Below, piece after piece: positions 19,642 through 30,319 of a stretch of DNA of 64,000 nucleotides. This DNA comes from Candidatus Poribacteria bacterium. Its GTDB lineage: Bacteria > Poribacteria > WGA-4E > PCPOR2b. Numbering within the stretch: the stretch's first letter is position 1; each line of letters starts with the position of its first letter. The DNA lies in contig OZ240245.1 in NCBI GenBank assembly GCA_965198175.1, positions 256,001 to 320,000 of the forward strand, in the 5' to 3' direction. The notes under the pieces were generated by a model. The model saw only the letters and a list, made by a program, of their open reading frames with translations, made no database searches and was not told where the DNA came from. Both the position numbers and the translations under genes were made by a program.

Positions 19642-20898
19642 ATGACCACAATTGAAAACACATCGCAACCCCATGAAAAACGCAATTTCATTGTATTCAT
19701 TATAAATCAGATTCTGGTGCGCATCGGCTGGATTTTTAAGACCGAAACGGTGGTCATCCCAGGGTTTCTCGATACGCATACCCCATCGGGTGTCATACGC
19801 GGGTTCCTGCCGCTTATCTCGCGAGTCGGGCAAAGTTTGCCTCAATTTCTCATCGCACACCAAGTTTCAAAGATGCCTAGGAAACAGGTCGTGTTCATAC
19901 TTTCTGCGTTCGGCATCATGATCCCTTGGCTCATATTGGGGCTGACATTAGGGTGGACGAGTTACACTGGAAATGTCATCGTAGGGTTCTTTCTGTTATC
20001 GTACACACTGCACTGGCTGATGCTCGGCTGCAATATGCTTGCAAACGGTACCCTGCAAGGAAAACTTATCCGCGCTGAGAGGCGAGGGCGTCTCATAGCT
20101 TATGCCAATACCATCGGGTGCATGCTCGCCATTGCCGCTTTTTGGTTGGTCCTGCCGCACTGGCTTCAAGAAGGAAACATGAACTATGCGTGGATATTTG
20201 GAACAACCGGAGGCTTCTTCGGTCTTGCTGCATGTGCCGGTTTGTATTTCTGGGAGCCGCCGGACTCACGCCTACAGGTAACTCCCCCTCTCCTTAAGTT
20301 TCTCGGGTCGGGCTTGATGTTGGTGCGTTATGACCGAGACTTTCGCAGGCTGGCGGCTGTAATCATGTTATTCTACGTCGTATGGTTGCTTTTCCCGCAT
20401 TACACCATTTTCGGGATGCGGAGGTTGGGATTGGCGCCAGGTAACTTTTTTACGTTGATTGCTGTACAGAATACAATAAACGCCCTTAGTTCCGGCGTGA
20501 TGGGCAACATAGCAGATCGGCGAGGCAACCGAATTGTGTTGCGTATGCTTATATTCATCGGTTCTCTAGCCCCTTTGGTAGCAATTGTTATCAGCCAGTT
20601 GACCGCGGGAGCAGACTTCTATTGGATTGTGTATGCTTTTCTGGGATTCATTCCGGTATCGAATCGTGTTGTGACGAACTACACGCTTGAGATTGCTCCG
20701 CGAGAAAAACACCCGCAATACTTGGGAGTGATGAGTCTCTTCCAAGCGCTCCCGCTGTTTGCGTCGCCTCTGCTGGGGCTGTTGATTGACCGATTCTCTT
20801 TCGAACCTGTGTTTATCTCCTGCTCCATACTGACCCTGTGGGCAGCCTTGTTAACCTTCCGGTTGACTGAACCTAGACACAACACTCGGATTCTCTAG
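19642..20898 (+). CDS. MFS transporter
   Basis: About 12 hydrophobic segments; GNIADRRGNR MFS loop motif. Confidence 0.88.
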   Translation: MTTIENTSQPHEKRNFIVFIINQILVRIGWIFKTETVVIPGFLDTHTPSGVIRGFLPLISRVGQSLPQFLIAHQVSKMPRKQVVFILSAFGIMIPWLILGLTLGWTSYTGNVIVGFFLLSYTLHWLMLGCNMLANGTLQGKLIRAERRGRLIAYANTIGCMLAIAAFWLVLPHWLQEGNMNYAWIFGTTGGFFGLAACAGLYFWEPPDSRLQVTPPLLKFLGSGLMLVRYDRDFRRLAAVIMLFYVVWLLFPHYTIFGMRRLGLAPGNFFTLIAVQNTINALSSGVMGNIADRRGNRIVLRMLIFIGSLAPLVAIVISQLTAGADFYWIVYAFLGFIPVSNRVVTNYTLEIAPREKHPQYLGVMSLFQALPLFASPLLGLLIDRFSFEPVFISCSILTLWAALLTFRLTEPRHNTRIL

Positions 20899-21070
20899 CC
20901 ATCTCCAGAGGTCAATCCACCACATTGATTGTATGTAGGTGACCATCGGCTATTTTGCCCTGCAATGCGTATTTCGCAAAATGCAAAGTTTGTTTGCCCA
21001 AGCCGCGCTGTTAGTGTTATCATAACAGGCAGCTAGTGTCCAGCACAATTTCCACGCATTGGAGTTTAAC

Positions 21071-21949
21071 ATGAAAAAGGGGAGTCGCCCTGAGACCCAT
21101 CCGGTCCTGCAATCGAGGCTTAGTTTTGTGGAACAACGAATGCGTCGGACGCGTCGGCAGCTCGAAAGGAGAACGCGACGCGCATTGGTTCCGCTTGAGA
21201 TTCAAGAAACCGTCGGAATTTCCGAAATCAAAGGCGATGTGTTGATCGTCAGCAACAATCCTCATGTTCAACAAAAAGTTGAGACAACGTTGCAGTCCGA
21301 AACGTATCAATGCGATGTTGCCCAAACTGGGATCGAAGCGATAGGGTATATGAAGCTGGGAAATTACCGCATGGTCATCTTGGATCGAACCCAACGTGGA
21401 CGATCGCAAGTTTTTCGGTACATCGAACGCTACCGTCCGCATATCAAAGTAATCTCGATAGTAAATGACCAAGACCGCGCACGAGAATCCATGGTGTGGG
21501 GCGGATATAGTTTTCTGCTGAGCGCTGACTTTGATCCGGAACAGTTGCGGACTTGTTTAATCAGCTCGCTTCAACTCAATCACCGGGTTTGCCAGATTTT
21601 GGCAAATGGGCAGCCATGCAACCGTTCTTGCATTAACAACTATCAATGGGTAAGCGACCCCAGAGAAATGGAACACGTAAGAGAATACGCGAGAGAAACG
21701 GAGCATGTAACAGAAATGGAACACGTAGACCAAGATTTTGATGATGTCGATCCCCTCCAAACTGAGCAATCCGATTTCTTCGAAGAACTGGAGGAAGTTC
21801 AGGACGAGGAGGTGTTGGAAGTCGATGAGGAGGAGTTGGAGAAAATTCAAGAGGAGAGGCTGGAGGAAGTTCAAGAGGAGGAGGCTCAAGAGGAGGAGCA
21901 ATTGGAGTTAACCGACGAAAAATCCTCCCCCTTACCAAGGGGGAGCTAG
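21071..21949 (+). CDS. Receiver-like domain protein with Cys cluster and acidic low-complexity tail
   Basis: VLIVSNN...MVILD receiver-like core; CQILANGQPCNRSC; E-rich tail. Confidence 0.65.
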   Translation: MKKGSRPETHPVLQSRLSFVEQRMRRTRRQLERRTRRALVPLEIQETVGISEIKGDVLIVSNNPHVQQKVETTLQSETYQCDVAQTGIEAIGYMKLGNYRMVILDRTQRGRSQVFRYIERYRPHIKVISIVNDQDRARESMVWGGYSFLLSADFDPEQLRTCLISSLQLNHRVCQILANGQPCNRSCINNYQWVSDPREMEHVREYARETEHVTEMEHVDQDFDDVDPLQTEQSDFFEELEEVQDEEVLEVDEEELEKIQEERLEEVQEEEAQEEEQLELTDEKSSPLPRGS

Positions 21950-22007
21950 AGGGGGTTAGGTGTTTTGCACTCGTGATTATAACGCTGAACGCAAAAGACA
22001 GAAAGGA

Positions 22008-23354
22008 ATGACCAAGATGAGCAAGCGAGCCAAGCCCTTCGTGTTCGTTACGCTACAAGGTCCCGACGACGGGGGAGATTTCGGACCAAATACAACTGGG
22101 ACAAAAACCGGTGGCATTCAGGAGGCGCTCGACTACGCCCATGAACACTGTCGAGATGTCTATATTGTCGGTGGTCGAGGCGGTACGCATGAGGGCGAAG
22201 GTATACCAGACAACATCTATATGCTCGACGAGACGTTAAGGGTGCCTTGGAGTCAGGATTTCAAGGTCGACAGCGGCAATCCCCTTATGTTTTATCGGAA
22301 GGACAGCGGGCATGCAATTGAAATCGACAGCCAGATGAATTGCCGGTACAAGTTCGGTCTCATCGGCTCTAATTCCTGCGATGCCGCAGTTTGCATCAAA
22401 CCCAAATCGCCGGGGCCCGACGATATGAAGGTCGTTACCGCTTGCGTATTCGACTTTTCGGCAATCGTCACCGGTCACCAAGATTCAGCCGCGCTCCTGA
22501 TTGATTCGTCCGAAGGGATGATTGTCAACAGCAAAATCTTTGCTGAGGAGACGAACACAATTAAGTGCGGCGTTCATGTCACCGACAACGGCGGTGCCGG
22601 GCAATGGATTAGCAACAACCAGATTGAAGTGATGTTCGGAAATCAGATGCACTCGAAAGGCAACTGCACCGGTCTTCAACTGGGCGAAGCCGGCTCGACG
22701 AAAATCGTCCATAACCGGTTTGATATGTCCTTCCACGCACCTAGAGGCACCCATTTCGATCCTGAGAAGGCACATGTTCCCAATACAGCGGAGCGGCTCG
22801 TTACTTTGGATAACTTCACTCCGCCAAACGCAATCGGCGCAGACATCCATGCCCAGCGAAACATGCTCACCTTGTCATTCTTCGGCATTCGCAACCCTGG
22901 CAACGATATCATCTTCCAACCGGATGCGAGAGACAATACAATCTATGCGATGAATCTGCCCAACGGTATCACCAACAACGCGTCATCGCCGTCGAATCGT
23001 ATTATCCCCAATTGGCCCGTTGGATTCGACGTTGCGACGCCTGATTTTCCCGCTTCCGGGCAGCCGCTCGTGAACACAACATCTTATGCTGTACAAATCA
23101 TCATTCTCACGGCTGGTCAGATTGATCAGTGGACGCTCACAGACGCAGGAAGTACATCTCAGGCCACTCCTTACAATCTCAGCCTAGTGGACAATCTTAT
23201 GCGTCCGCCGCGCCCCCTGCAGCCGCCGCGTCCATCCGCATCGGAAACAATCGCTGGCGGTCTATTCCCGGGACAGACGCTCATTCTCAAACCCGGCGAA
23301 CAAATCCGCTTCGATTACTCGAAACCGGCAACCTGGCGTTGGATGGCTCTCTGA
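22008..23354 (+). CDS. Hypothetical protein, probable right-handed beta-helix (pectin-lyase-like)
   Basis: DFGP..GT.T.GIQEALDYA N-terminal cap typical of beta-helix proteins; N/I/G-rich repeats. Confidence 0.55.
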   Translation: MTKMSKRAKPFVFVTLQGPDDGGDFGPNTTGTKTGGIQEALDYAHEHCRDVYIVGGRGGTHEGEGIPDNIYMLDETLRVPWSQDFKVDSGNPLMFYRKDSGHAIEIDSQMNCRYKFGLIGSNSCDAAVCIKPKSPGPDDMKVVTACVFDFSAIVTGHQDSAALLIDSSEGMIVNSKIFAEETNTIKCGVHVTDNGGAGQWISNNQIEVMFGNQMHSKGNCTGLQLGEAGSTKIVHNRFDMSFHAPRGTHFDPEKAHVPNTAERLVTLDNFTPPNAIGADIHAQRNMLTLSFFGIRNPGNDIIFQPDARDNTIYAMNLPNGITNNASSPSNRIIPNWPVGFDVATPDFPASGQPLVNTTSYAVQIIILTAGQIDQWTLTDAGSTSQATPYNLSLVDNLMRPPRPLQPPRPSASETIAGGLFPGQTLILKPGEQIRFDYSKPATWRWMAL

Positions 23355-23453
23355 TGATTTTGCTCGTGACCTTTTATTGAGGTAACTGCCGGGGCAGAAA
23401 CTGTTGTGTTGGTCAGGTACGAACCGATCTCGATCGCCTGAAACGTACGTATC

Positions 23454-24965
23454 ATGCTCGATAAGATTCGAAAAGCGACGATTCAACTTCATCGCGCCCC
23501 GTCCGCATATTTCGATCTCGCTATCTATGCCGGGTTTCTCATCTTCGTCGTTGCACTTCCGTTCGGTCATTCAACTATCGTACTTTATGCCGGGCTAACG
23601 CTTGCACTGTTCGGGTGGATAGGGCGAATTTGCTATGAACGCAAGCTCGAATGGAAACGGACACCTTTGGATATTCCGGTCGCCCTTTTTCTCCTGCTTG
23701 CGCTGGTTGGTTCGTTCCTTGCACCGAATCCATCCAGTAGCAGTCTTGGCTATTTCTGGAAACTGTTTCGTGCGGTATTGCTGTTTTATGCGGTGATTCA
23801 CAGTCGTCTGGGTGAACGATGGCGGTATATCGTTGTTGCATTTCTCCTCGCCGGTGGGCTGTCTTCTGTGCTTGGTCTCTGGTACTACCTCAACGGCACG
23901 CATATGGGTGAGGTTCGTCTATTTAGTGTCGAGTCCAAGCTTCAAAGTGACTACGGCGAGGGATTACTCTCAGTAGACTGGCAGCAAGCGTTTGAAATTA
24001 ACGGTCGTCGATTGTCACAAAATGCGTCCATTTCTCCCGCAAGGAAGGATGCTGAATGGGTGATAAAAGATGAGGAAAACAATCGAAAGTACATTGCCAA
24101 GAAAAGCCATGAACAACTCGACGTCTACATTGTTGAACCTCGTCTTGCCGGCACATTCAAGATGCCCAACGATTTGGGCGCCTACTTGGTAATTGCCATT
24201 CCGATCGCAATGGGGTATTTCATCTCGGGTTGGCGTAATCGCCGAGACGGCAACCGGGGGGTATCTATACAATGGGGCTGGATTGTATTCCTCGGTCTCA
24301 TCTTGGGCGTAATGGCGGCGAACCTGGCGCTGACGCTTACGCGAGGCGCATGGATTGCCGTATGCTTTGCGATGATTTATATGGCAATCTGTTTTAAGCG
24401 GCGGTTATTATGGGGATTGCTGATTATCGTAGTGCTGTCACCCCTTTTGATGCCTCAAGATGTCAAAGAACGATTTGAGACAATCTGGCAGCGACCTTCG
24501 GGCTTTATGAGTGAACGCCCACAATGGTGGAAAACCTCAACTCAACTGATTGCGAAGTATCCGATAACGGGCATCGGTCTAGGCAGATTTCGTCATGAAT
24601 ACAAGTTACATGCGCCGCCGGACATGTACCACGAACCGTATCACGCGCATAACATCTATCTGCAGATTGCTGTTGAACAGGGGATCCCATCGCTGCTCCT
24701 ATTTTTCTGGATGCTTTCTCTAATCTTTCGCCAACTCTTCGCCCTGCGCAAAACCGGCGATTTCTGGCGTTCTGGCTTGTACATCGGAGGCAGCGGTTTC
24801 CTGATTTCCGCCCTGGTCTACGGGCTCGCAGACCATATTCTGCACCAACGACCGATCCTAATGTTCTGGTTCATTATAGGCATAGTTTTTTACGTGAAGT
24901 CACATGTTACAAATAGCAACGGTGAAACGACGTTAACTACGGCTCCATCGGCTTGCGAAGCATAG
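23454..24965 (+). CDS. O-antigen ligase (Wzy_C) family membrane protein
   Basis: RLAGTF..PN.LG, LTLTRGAW, GIGLG.F, HAHN.YLQ..VEQG. Confidence 0.88.
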   Translation: MLDKIRKATIQLHRAPSAYFDLAIYAGFLIFVVALPFGHSTIVLYAGLTLALFGWIGRICYERKLEWKRTPLDIPVALFLLLALVGSFLAPNPSSSSLGYFWKLFRAVLLFYAVIHSRLGERWRYIVVAFLLAGGLSSVLGLWYYLNGTHMGEVRLFSVESKLQSDYGEGLLSVDWQQAFEINGRRLSQNASISPARKDAEWVIKDEENNRKYIAKKSHEQLDVYIVEPRLAGTFKMPNDLGAYLVIAIPIAMGYFISGWRNRRDGNRGVSIQWGWIVFLGLILGVMAANLALTLTRGAWIAVCFAMIYMAICFKRRLLWGLLIIVVLSPLLMPQDVKERFETIWQRPSGFMSERPQWWKTSTQLIAKYPITGIGLGRFRHEYKLHAPPDMYHEPYHAHNIYLQIAVEQGIPSLLLFFWMLSLIFRQLFALRKTGDFWRSGLYIGGSGFLISALVYGLADHILHQRPILMFWFIIGIVFYVKSHVTNSNGETTLTTAPSACEA

Positions 24966-25039
24966 CGGATGAAAATGAACAAGATGATGTCAAATAGACA
25001 AAAACGGATTCAAGAACTAAAGCATTTGAAGGAGGTAAA

Positions 25040-26170
25040 ATGAGAATTTGTGCCCATCTCAAACATTTGACCGGCATGCACTTTAGCCGCTATGTCTTGA
25101 AAAGTATGTCAAAAATTCGCACATTTTCAGCAGAGATGTTCCATCTGCTGTTAGTTGTCGCCATTGGCATGGCGCTCATGGGTATACCGCCAGTCGATGC
25201 CCATCAGGGAATGCACAGCGGAGATTCGCGTATCATCCCGCTAGGTGCTAAGCTAGAAAAACTGTTCGATGGTGCGTTTTTAACAGAAGGCGCGGCTGTG
25301 GCGCCGGATGGCGCGGTCTACTTCAGTGACATTACCTTTACTAACCAATCAGATATGCAGGCGGGACACATCTGGAAGTACGATCCCAGGACCGGCAAAA
25401 CCACTATTTTCCGTTCGCCTAGCGGCATGTCCAACGGGATAAAGTTTGACGCCCAGGGGCGCATGATTGCAGCCGAAGGCGCGGACTTTGGTGGCCGCCG
25501 CGTTACTCGCACGGACATGACGACAGGCAAGAGCTCCATCATCGCAGGGCTATACAATAGCCGCCCGTTCAACTCCCCGAACGACATCACAATCGATGAA
25601 ACAGGGCGTATCTACTTCAGTGATCCCCGCTACCTCGGACACGAGCCGGTCGATCAGCCCGTGATGGGGGTATATCGCATTGATACGGATGGCTCCATCC
25701 ACCGTATCATCACGGACGCGGGAAAACCGAATGGTGTTGCTGTTTCGCCGGACCAGAAGACTTTATACGTGGTGAGCCACGATAACGGCGCGACAGGCTT
25801 TAATCGCATTCCTGAGGAGGCGCCAACCCACAAAGGGCGAATGGCATTGCTGGCGTATGACCTTGCCCCGGATGGAACCGCTGCGTTTAGAAAAACGCTG
25901 GTTGACTACTATCCAGAAGATGGCCCCGACGGATTAGTCGTAGATGTGGGTGGAAATCTCTATGTCGCCGAACGAAGCCATAAACGCCCAGGGGTTACCG
26001 TCCGCTCGCCGGATGGGAAGGAACTCGCATTTATACCAACCGCACCCGACTTGCCGACCAACGTCGCCTTCGGTCGCGGTGCAGAGCGTAAAACTTTGTA
26101 CATCACAGCGGGAAAAAGCCTCTACAAAATCAACCTGATGAAGCAAGGGTATCACCTACCATCGAAATAG
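25040..26170 (+). CDS. SMP-30/gluconolactonase family protein, probably secreted
   Basis: TEG, YFSD, SNG, FNSPND, PNG..SPD, GPDG, TNVAFG. Confidence 0.9.
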   Translation: MRICAHLKHLTGMHFSRYVLKSMSKIRTFSAEMFHLLLVVAIGMALMGIPPVDAHQGMHSGDSRIIPLGAKLEKLFDGAFLTEGAAVAPDGAVYFSDITFTNQSDMQAGHIWKYDPRTGKTTIFRSPSGMSNGIKFDAQGRMIAAEGADFGGRRVTRTDMTTGKSSIIAGLYNSRPFNSPNDITIDETGRIYFSDPRYLGHEPVDQPVMGVYRIDTDGSIHRIITDAGKPNGVAVSPDQKTLYVVSHDNGATGFNRIPEEAPTHKGRMALLAYDLAPDGTAAFRKTLVDYYPEDGPDGLVVDVGGNLYVAERSHKRPGVTVRSPDGKELAFIPTAPDLPTNVAFGRGAERKTLYITAGKSLYKINLMKQGYHLPSK

Positions 26171-26180
26171 GAACCAAAAT

Positions 26181-27257
26181 ATGGCAGAAGCAGGTCAAAG
26201 GATGGCAACCATTCTTTCTAAACAGGTAATCTGCAAACAAGCTGGGAAATATATTGGTTGGCCAACGGTTGCCAAGACGCGCCAAGGCGAACTGCTTGTG
26301 GCTTTTTCCGGCGATAGGGATGCCCATCTCTGTCCCTGGGGAAAGACATATATGGTTAGAAGCAAGGACGATGGAATGACATGGGGCGAGCCCGCCCTGA
26401 TTAACAATACGCCGCTTGACGATCGGGATGCAGGCGTTCTTGAAACACAGAAGGGCACTTTGCTGCTGACATGGTTTTCCTCGACGCTTTTCCAATCCGC
26501 GCACAAGTTTCCGCCTCGATTCAGGCGCCATGTTACCCCTGAAATGCTTACTAGTTGGAAACGGCATCAGGAAAAAATTACCACCGGGATAATTGAGAAG
26601 TGGCGTCATAGCTGGATTCGCCGTTCCGATGATGGCGGTGCAACATGGGATAATCCAATCAGGTTGCCCGCACACGCGCCGCATGGGCCAATCGAGCTTT
26701 CAGACGGGCGGTTTTTGTATGTTGGAAACAGAGGGCACTGGGTCGCCGAGTCTACAGATGACGGTAAGACATGGCAAAAAATTGGAACCGTCCCCCGCTC
26801 ACCTAGTCTCCCGGCGGTACTTGATGAACCGCACGTCGTGGAAGCCGCGGACGGAACTCTTGTCACCTTGTTTCGCTACGAACCGCCGCAAGCCGATCAA
26901 CGGTTCATGCACCAGTCGGAAAGTATGGACGGAGGCAAAACATGGTCAATCGCCCATCCCACCACCATATGGGCTGACAACCCGCCACATTTAATCCGCT
27001 TGAAAGACAATCGCCTCCTCGTTGTATACGGCAGACGAACGCCGCCCTATGGTCAGCGCGCATGCGTTAGCGGCGATGGCGGCGCCGCTTGGGACTCCGA
27101 GCACGAAATAATCCTCTGCGAGGCTCCCAATAACGACTTAGGCTATCCCGCATCAGTTCAACTAGATGATGGTTCTATCTTGACAGTCTATTACCAAGCC
27201 AACAGCCCCGACGAGAAGCCATGTCTCATGGGCACGTATTGGCGGTTAGAACCCTAA
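26181..27257 (+). CDS. Sialidase-like BNR/Asp-box glycoside hydrolase
   Basis: Multiple S.DDG.TW Asp boxes, GWP, DLGYP. Confidence 0.85.
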   Translation: MAEAGQRMATILSKQVICKQAGKYIGWPTVAKTRQGELLVAFSGDRDAHLCPWGKTYMVRSKDDGMTWGEPALINNTPLDDRDAGVLETQKGTLLLTWFSSTLFQSAHKFPPRFRRHVTPEMLTSWKRHQEKITTGIIEKWRHSWIRRSDDGGATWDNPIRLPAHAPHGPIELSDGRFLYVGNRGHWVAESTDDGKTWQKIGTVPRSPSLPAVLDEPHVVEAADGTLVTLFRYEPPQADQRFMHQSESMDGGKTWSIAHPTTIWADNPPHLIRLKDNRLLVVYGRRTPPYGQRACVSGDGGAAWDSEHEIILCEAPNNDLGYPASVQLDDGSILTVYYQANSPDEKPCLMGTYWRLEP

Positions 27258-27487
27258 ATCATTAATCATCGTAGTAATTGTGGTTTTTGGGATTTTCCCA
27301 CCATTTCCTCTGCTTAACTATATACAGCGGGACAGGAGCGGACGCTTCAACACACGACACCCAACCAAAGATAAGCTTCCCATGTTTTTAACAGAATGTG
27401 CTTTAGTAACGGAGATTATGGACACTGACAACTATGTCCCGCTTGGTCTAGATTTCCAACTTCAGACCATCTGACGGGATTTAACAC

Positions 27488-27566
27488 GATCAAACGACCA
27501 AATAGGGAGTGCGATAGTCTTGACTGTAGGTTAACCCTATCGCCTTCCCTAATCGGTCAGTTGATT
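27488..27566. repeat. GATC-ended palindromic repeat copy
   Basis: Same GCGATAGT/CTATCGC arms as 5637 and 17477. Confidence 0.8.
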
Positions 27567-27802
27567 CCTCTTTGCAAAGGTGAGGATTCTTCGATGGAAG
27601 CAGCGACGTGCGTAAACCGTCCTCTTGACTACAGTTTTTGGCAAAAACCCGGTTTCTGTTCAAGATTTCTAGACACGAATTACTCAGCCAATTACACGCC
27701 GATAAGCGGTAACGAGCGACCGCTGCTAGCAAGTCACTTAGACTGACGACTCGATCGCTATTAGAGCAACGGCTTACTGCCTCTTGCAGCGTTGTCAGGT
27801 AT

Positions 27803-29317
27803 CTATTTTTCGGGCATCAGTGGTGGTTCTTTCTCGGGCGCTTCGCGTCTTTCCCTTTCGGATTCATCCTGCTCCTCATAGGATTCATCTCGATTTCCAT
27901 TAGAATCGCCCCGGCCCTTATTTCGCCGATCCTCTCGGACAATTTCACGTTCATCTGGCGCATTTGGAATGGAGGTAGGGTCATCTATATCTTCCAACAA
28001 CTCCAGTAGCCTCTCCAATTCCTCCGCCTTAACACCGTCAGGCAATTTCCAATCCTCGGCTTGTCCCACCTGGTTGTTCATTTCGGACGGGATGATTGAT
28101 GCAGGCTGGGGTTGTTCCCAGTCTGCCGGAAATTCCGGCATCTCTAGCTCCGGTACGGCATGGCGTGGTGCAGTCCGAGGTGTTGAGTCGTGCGCTGGCG
28201 AGTCGGCTACGGATGACCAAGGTGACGTGCGGGACACGGGCTTCGGTTCGGAAGCATATGCAGGTGGTTGCGATTCTGCCTCTGACGAAGGCGCTGCTTC
28301 CGATTCGGAACGGGTAATCTCTGGTCCATCATCGTCAAACATATCAGGAAAATTCTCCCATAACTTCGCCAACCCTCGCCTCGGCGCATCAGCCGGTTTG
28401 CCGTCTGGACCCAGAAAGCCAATTTTGACGTTTTTGGGTAGTTTTTCCGCGAAAGGGAAAGGCTGTAGATATTTATGTATAGCTTCTATATCGTCACCAG
28501 ACAGTCCCATAGCGGGCCAGGTCATATCGCCGATATTTACGTCACCATGACCGTTCAACCTAAAATAGGTTGTGTCCGTTCTCATTGGAAATCGGGTCCC
28601 ATCCTTGGCTCTGCCTAACATAAAAATGCCTTCAGCCATCTGTCGTGCCAAAGTGGGGTCCTGGTTAGCTTCTTTCTCGTAATAAAAAAATTCGAGATAA
28701 TCTTGGATCTGAGCCGCCTTGAACGCTTCCCAGGAGGAGTTGGTTGGCAAACCGAGTCCACTTAACCAGAGAATTTTTCCCTCGGCGCTTGCTTGGAGAA
28801 ACATATTCTCAGCTGAAAGCAGATTAATCCTAAATGTGAGTAAGGCACGATACTCTGCGGCGCTTTCAATAATGACGCCTTTGTCCAGCAACATTTTCAG
28901 GAATTCGAATCGCGGATACTTCTGATCGGCTTCTTTCATGCGATCAATGCCGCCGAACTTTGGGTCTGTTGCTACCCCCATTTCATAAGTAGCGTCGTAA
29001 GCTTCCATAAGGGCTTGGGCAGTTTGGAGACTCTGATACGAGGTTGAAGCGGAAATCTGACGTATCCGAGAAAGCCCCTTATTCGCCGCCCCAACGACAG
29101 ATGTCTGCCAAACATTCCACACATGGTTGTTTATTGCAATCTCCTCTGACCTATCGGTCTGCCCAAAAACGGCATGCTGTCGATGTAACAGTGCCGCGAA
29201 AACACTTGCTACAACAACAGTCAGCACAATTGCAACAATCTTCCATTTCGAAAGTGGAACAAACATACGCCTAAAAGCTATCGCAATTACCTTGAACCTT
29301 GGCAACGATACATCCAT
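27803..29317 (-). CDS. Hypothetical membrane-anchored protein with low-complexity P/E/S-rich tail (partner gene of sigma54 cassette)
   Basis: 504-aa ORF, N-terminal TM segment, AGGAG RBS; decayed paralog at 33590-33889. Confidence 0.8.
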   Translation of the reverse strand: MDVSLPRFKVIAIAFRRMFVPLSKWKIVAIVLTVVVASVFAALLHRQHAVFGQTDRSEEIAINNHVWNVWQTSVVGAANKGLSRIRQISASTSYQSLQTAQALMEAYDATYEMGVATDPKFGGIDRMKEADQKYPRFEFLKMLLDKGVIIESAAEYRALLTFRINLLSAENMFLQASAEGKILWLSGLGLPTNSSWEAFKAAQIQDYLEFFYYEKEANQDPTLARQMAEGIFMLGRAKDGTRFPMRTDTTYFRLNGHGDVNIGDMTWPAMGLSGDDIEAIHKYLQPFPFAEKLPKNVKIGFLGPDGKPADAPRRGLAKLWENFPDMFDDDGPEITRSESEAAPSSEAESQPPAYASEPKPVSRTSPWSSVADSPAHDSTPRTAPRHAVPELEMPEFPADWEQPQPASIIPSEMNNQVGQAEDWKLPDGVKAEELERLLELLEDIDDPTSIPNAPDEREIVREDRRNKGRGDSNGNRDESYEEQDESERERREAPEKEPPLMPEK

Positions 29318-29375
29318 ATTGGTTGCTCCTTTTGTGTTCTACCTGACGGCAGCCAAGACGTGATATCGGTAAATT

Positions 29376-29411
29376 GTAGCCGCTAGAGTGCCTCTATTTC
29401 TAAGCGGCTAC
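29376..29411. terminator. Intergenic stem-loop (gtagccgct...agcggctac)
   Basis: Inverted repeat between the cargo gene and the partner gene. Confidence 0.55.
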
Positions 29412-29433
29412 GTAGTTCAGAATCCTCACGCTG

Positions 29434-29898
29434 CTACGGGACACTTGCGGTAGAAGGGCTAGCACCACCACAACTCCCAGAGGCAGTAGCAGCTTTGCTA
29501 TGCCAGGGAAACCCCGATACACTTGCGGATTGGGAAGTGCTGGAATAGCTGAACGGATTCATCACATAAAATCCGCCTGTTCCCAATATCACAGTAAACG
29601 AGATACGCACAGGCCCCGAAGCACCTTTAGCATGGGGTCCCGAAGTTGCTGTTGCGCTACCACTGCCGCTAGCACTGAACGTCCCAACACCAGGGAGATA
29701 GGCGTAGCCTGGATAGCAGGATGCCGACGCACTTGTCCAACCGAAAGAAGCAGAATTAGTACACTTTACCCAACTGCTTGTGTTCGTGTAGCTCTGGGAA
29801 GCAGAACTCCAAGCATTGCTAAAGGCATCTCTGACTCCCAATCCTAAGAGTACCACGGACATGACTAACAGCGACTTTACAAACTTCTTTAACATCAT
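29434..29898 (-). CDS. Small secreted Ser/Gly/Ala-rich protein (cassette cargo)
   Basis: Sec signal ending AFS, strong AAGGAG RBS, sigma54 promoter ~90 bp upstream. Confidence 0.8.
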   Translation of the reverse strand: MMLKKFVKSLLVMSVVLLGLGVRDAFSNAWSSASQSYTNTSSWVKCTNSASFGWTSASASCYPGYAYLPGVGTFSASGSGSATATSGPHAKGASGPVRISFTVILGTGGFYVMNPFSYSSTSQSASVSGFPWHSKAATASGSCGGASPSTASVP

Positions 29899-29989
29899 TA
29901 ACTCCTTCCTTATTTGTTAATTGAGAGAAACTTTTGTTCCCATTGCAGACCATTCTGCAACTAAAGACATTACCTATGGCTATTTTACA

Positions 29990-30005
29990 CGCAAATTATA
30001 TGCCA
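29990..30005 (-). promoter_or_regulatory. sigma54 -24/-12 promoter TGGCATATAATTTGCG
   Basis: GG-N10-GC consensus, located downstream of an NtrC-type activator gene. Confidence 0.85.
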
Positions 30006-30122
30006 TAACCAATGGCCCCTTCAATTTGGATTCGGTTTGGACTTGGAAAGCCTTATGTGTCAAGGGATACGGACAGTTAGATTTTTCTCAGTCGAGTGCA
30101 GTAGTGGTCTGACAAAGGCATG

Positions 30123-30250
30123 AAAGGGGTGTGACATTTGTCAACACGATTCGGGAAAATTGGGGTTAAGCAGTGCGTTAAACCTTGCCAGACAAGGGTT
30201 TGAGCAATGTGTGACAAATGTCTACAATAGTGACAAATGTCACACCCTTT
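30123..30250. promoter_or_regulatory. Putative enhancer with three GTGACAWWTGTC palindromes (30131, 30211, 30230)
   Basis: Palindromes lie 130-250 bp upstream of the sigma54 promoter and are conserved in three copies. Confidence 0.65.
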
Positions 30251-30319
30251 TTGGGTATGGAAGGCAATGCGGTAGGAATATAGCGTAGAAAGCAAGGTTG
30301 GGAAAAGGCAAACACCGTT

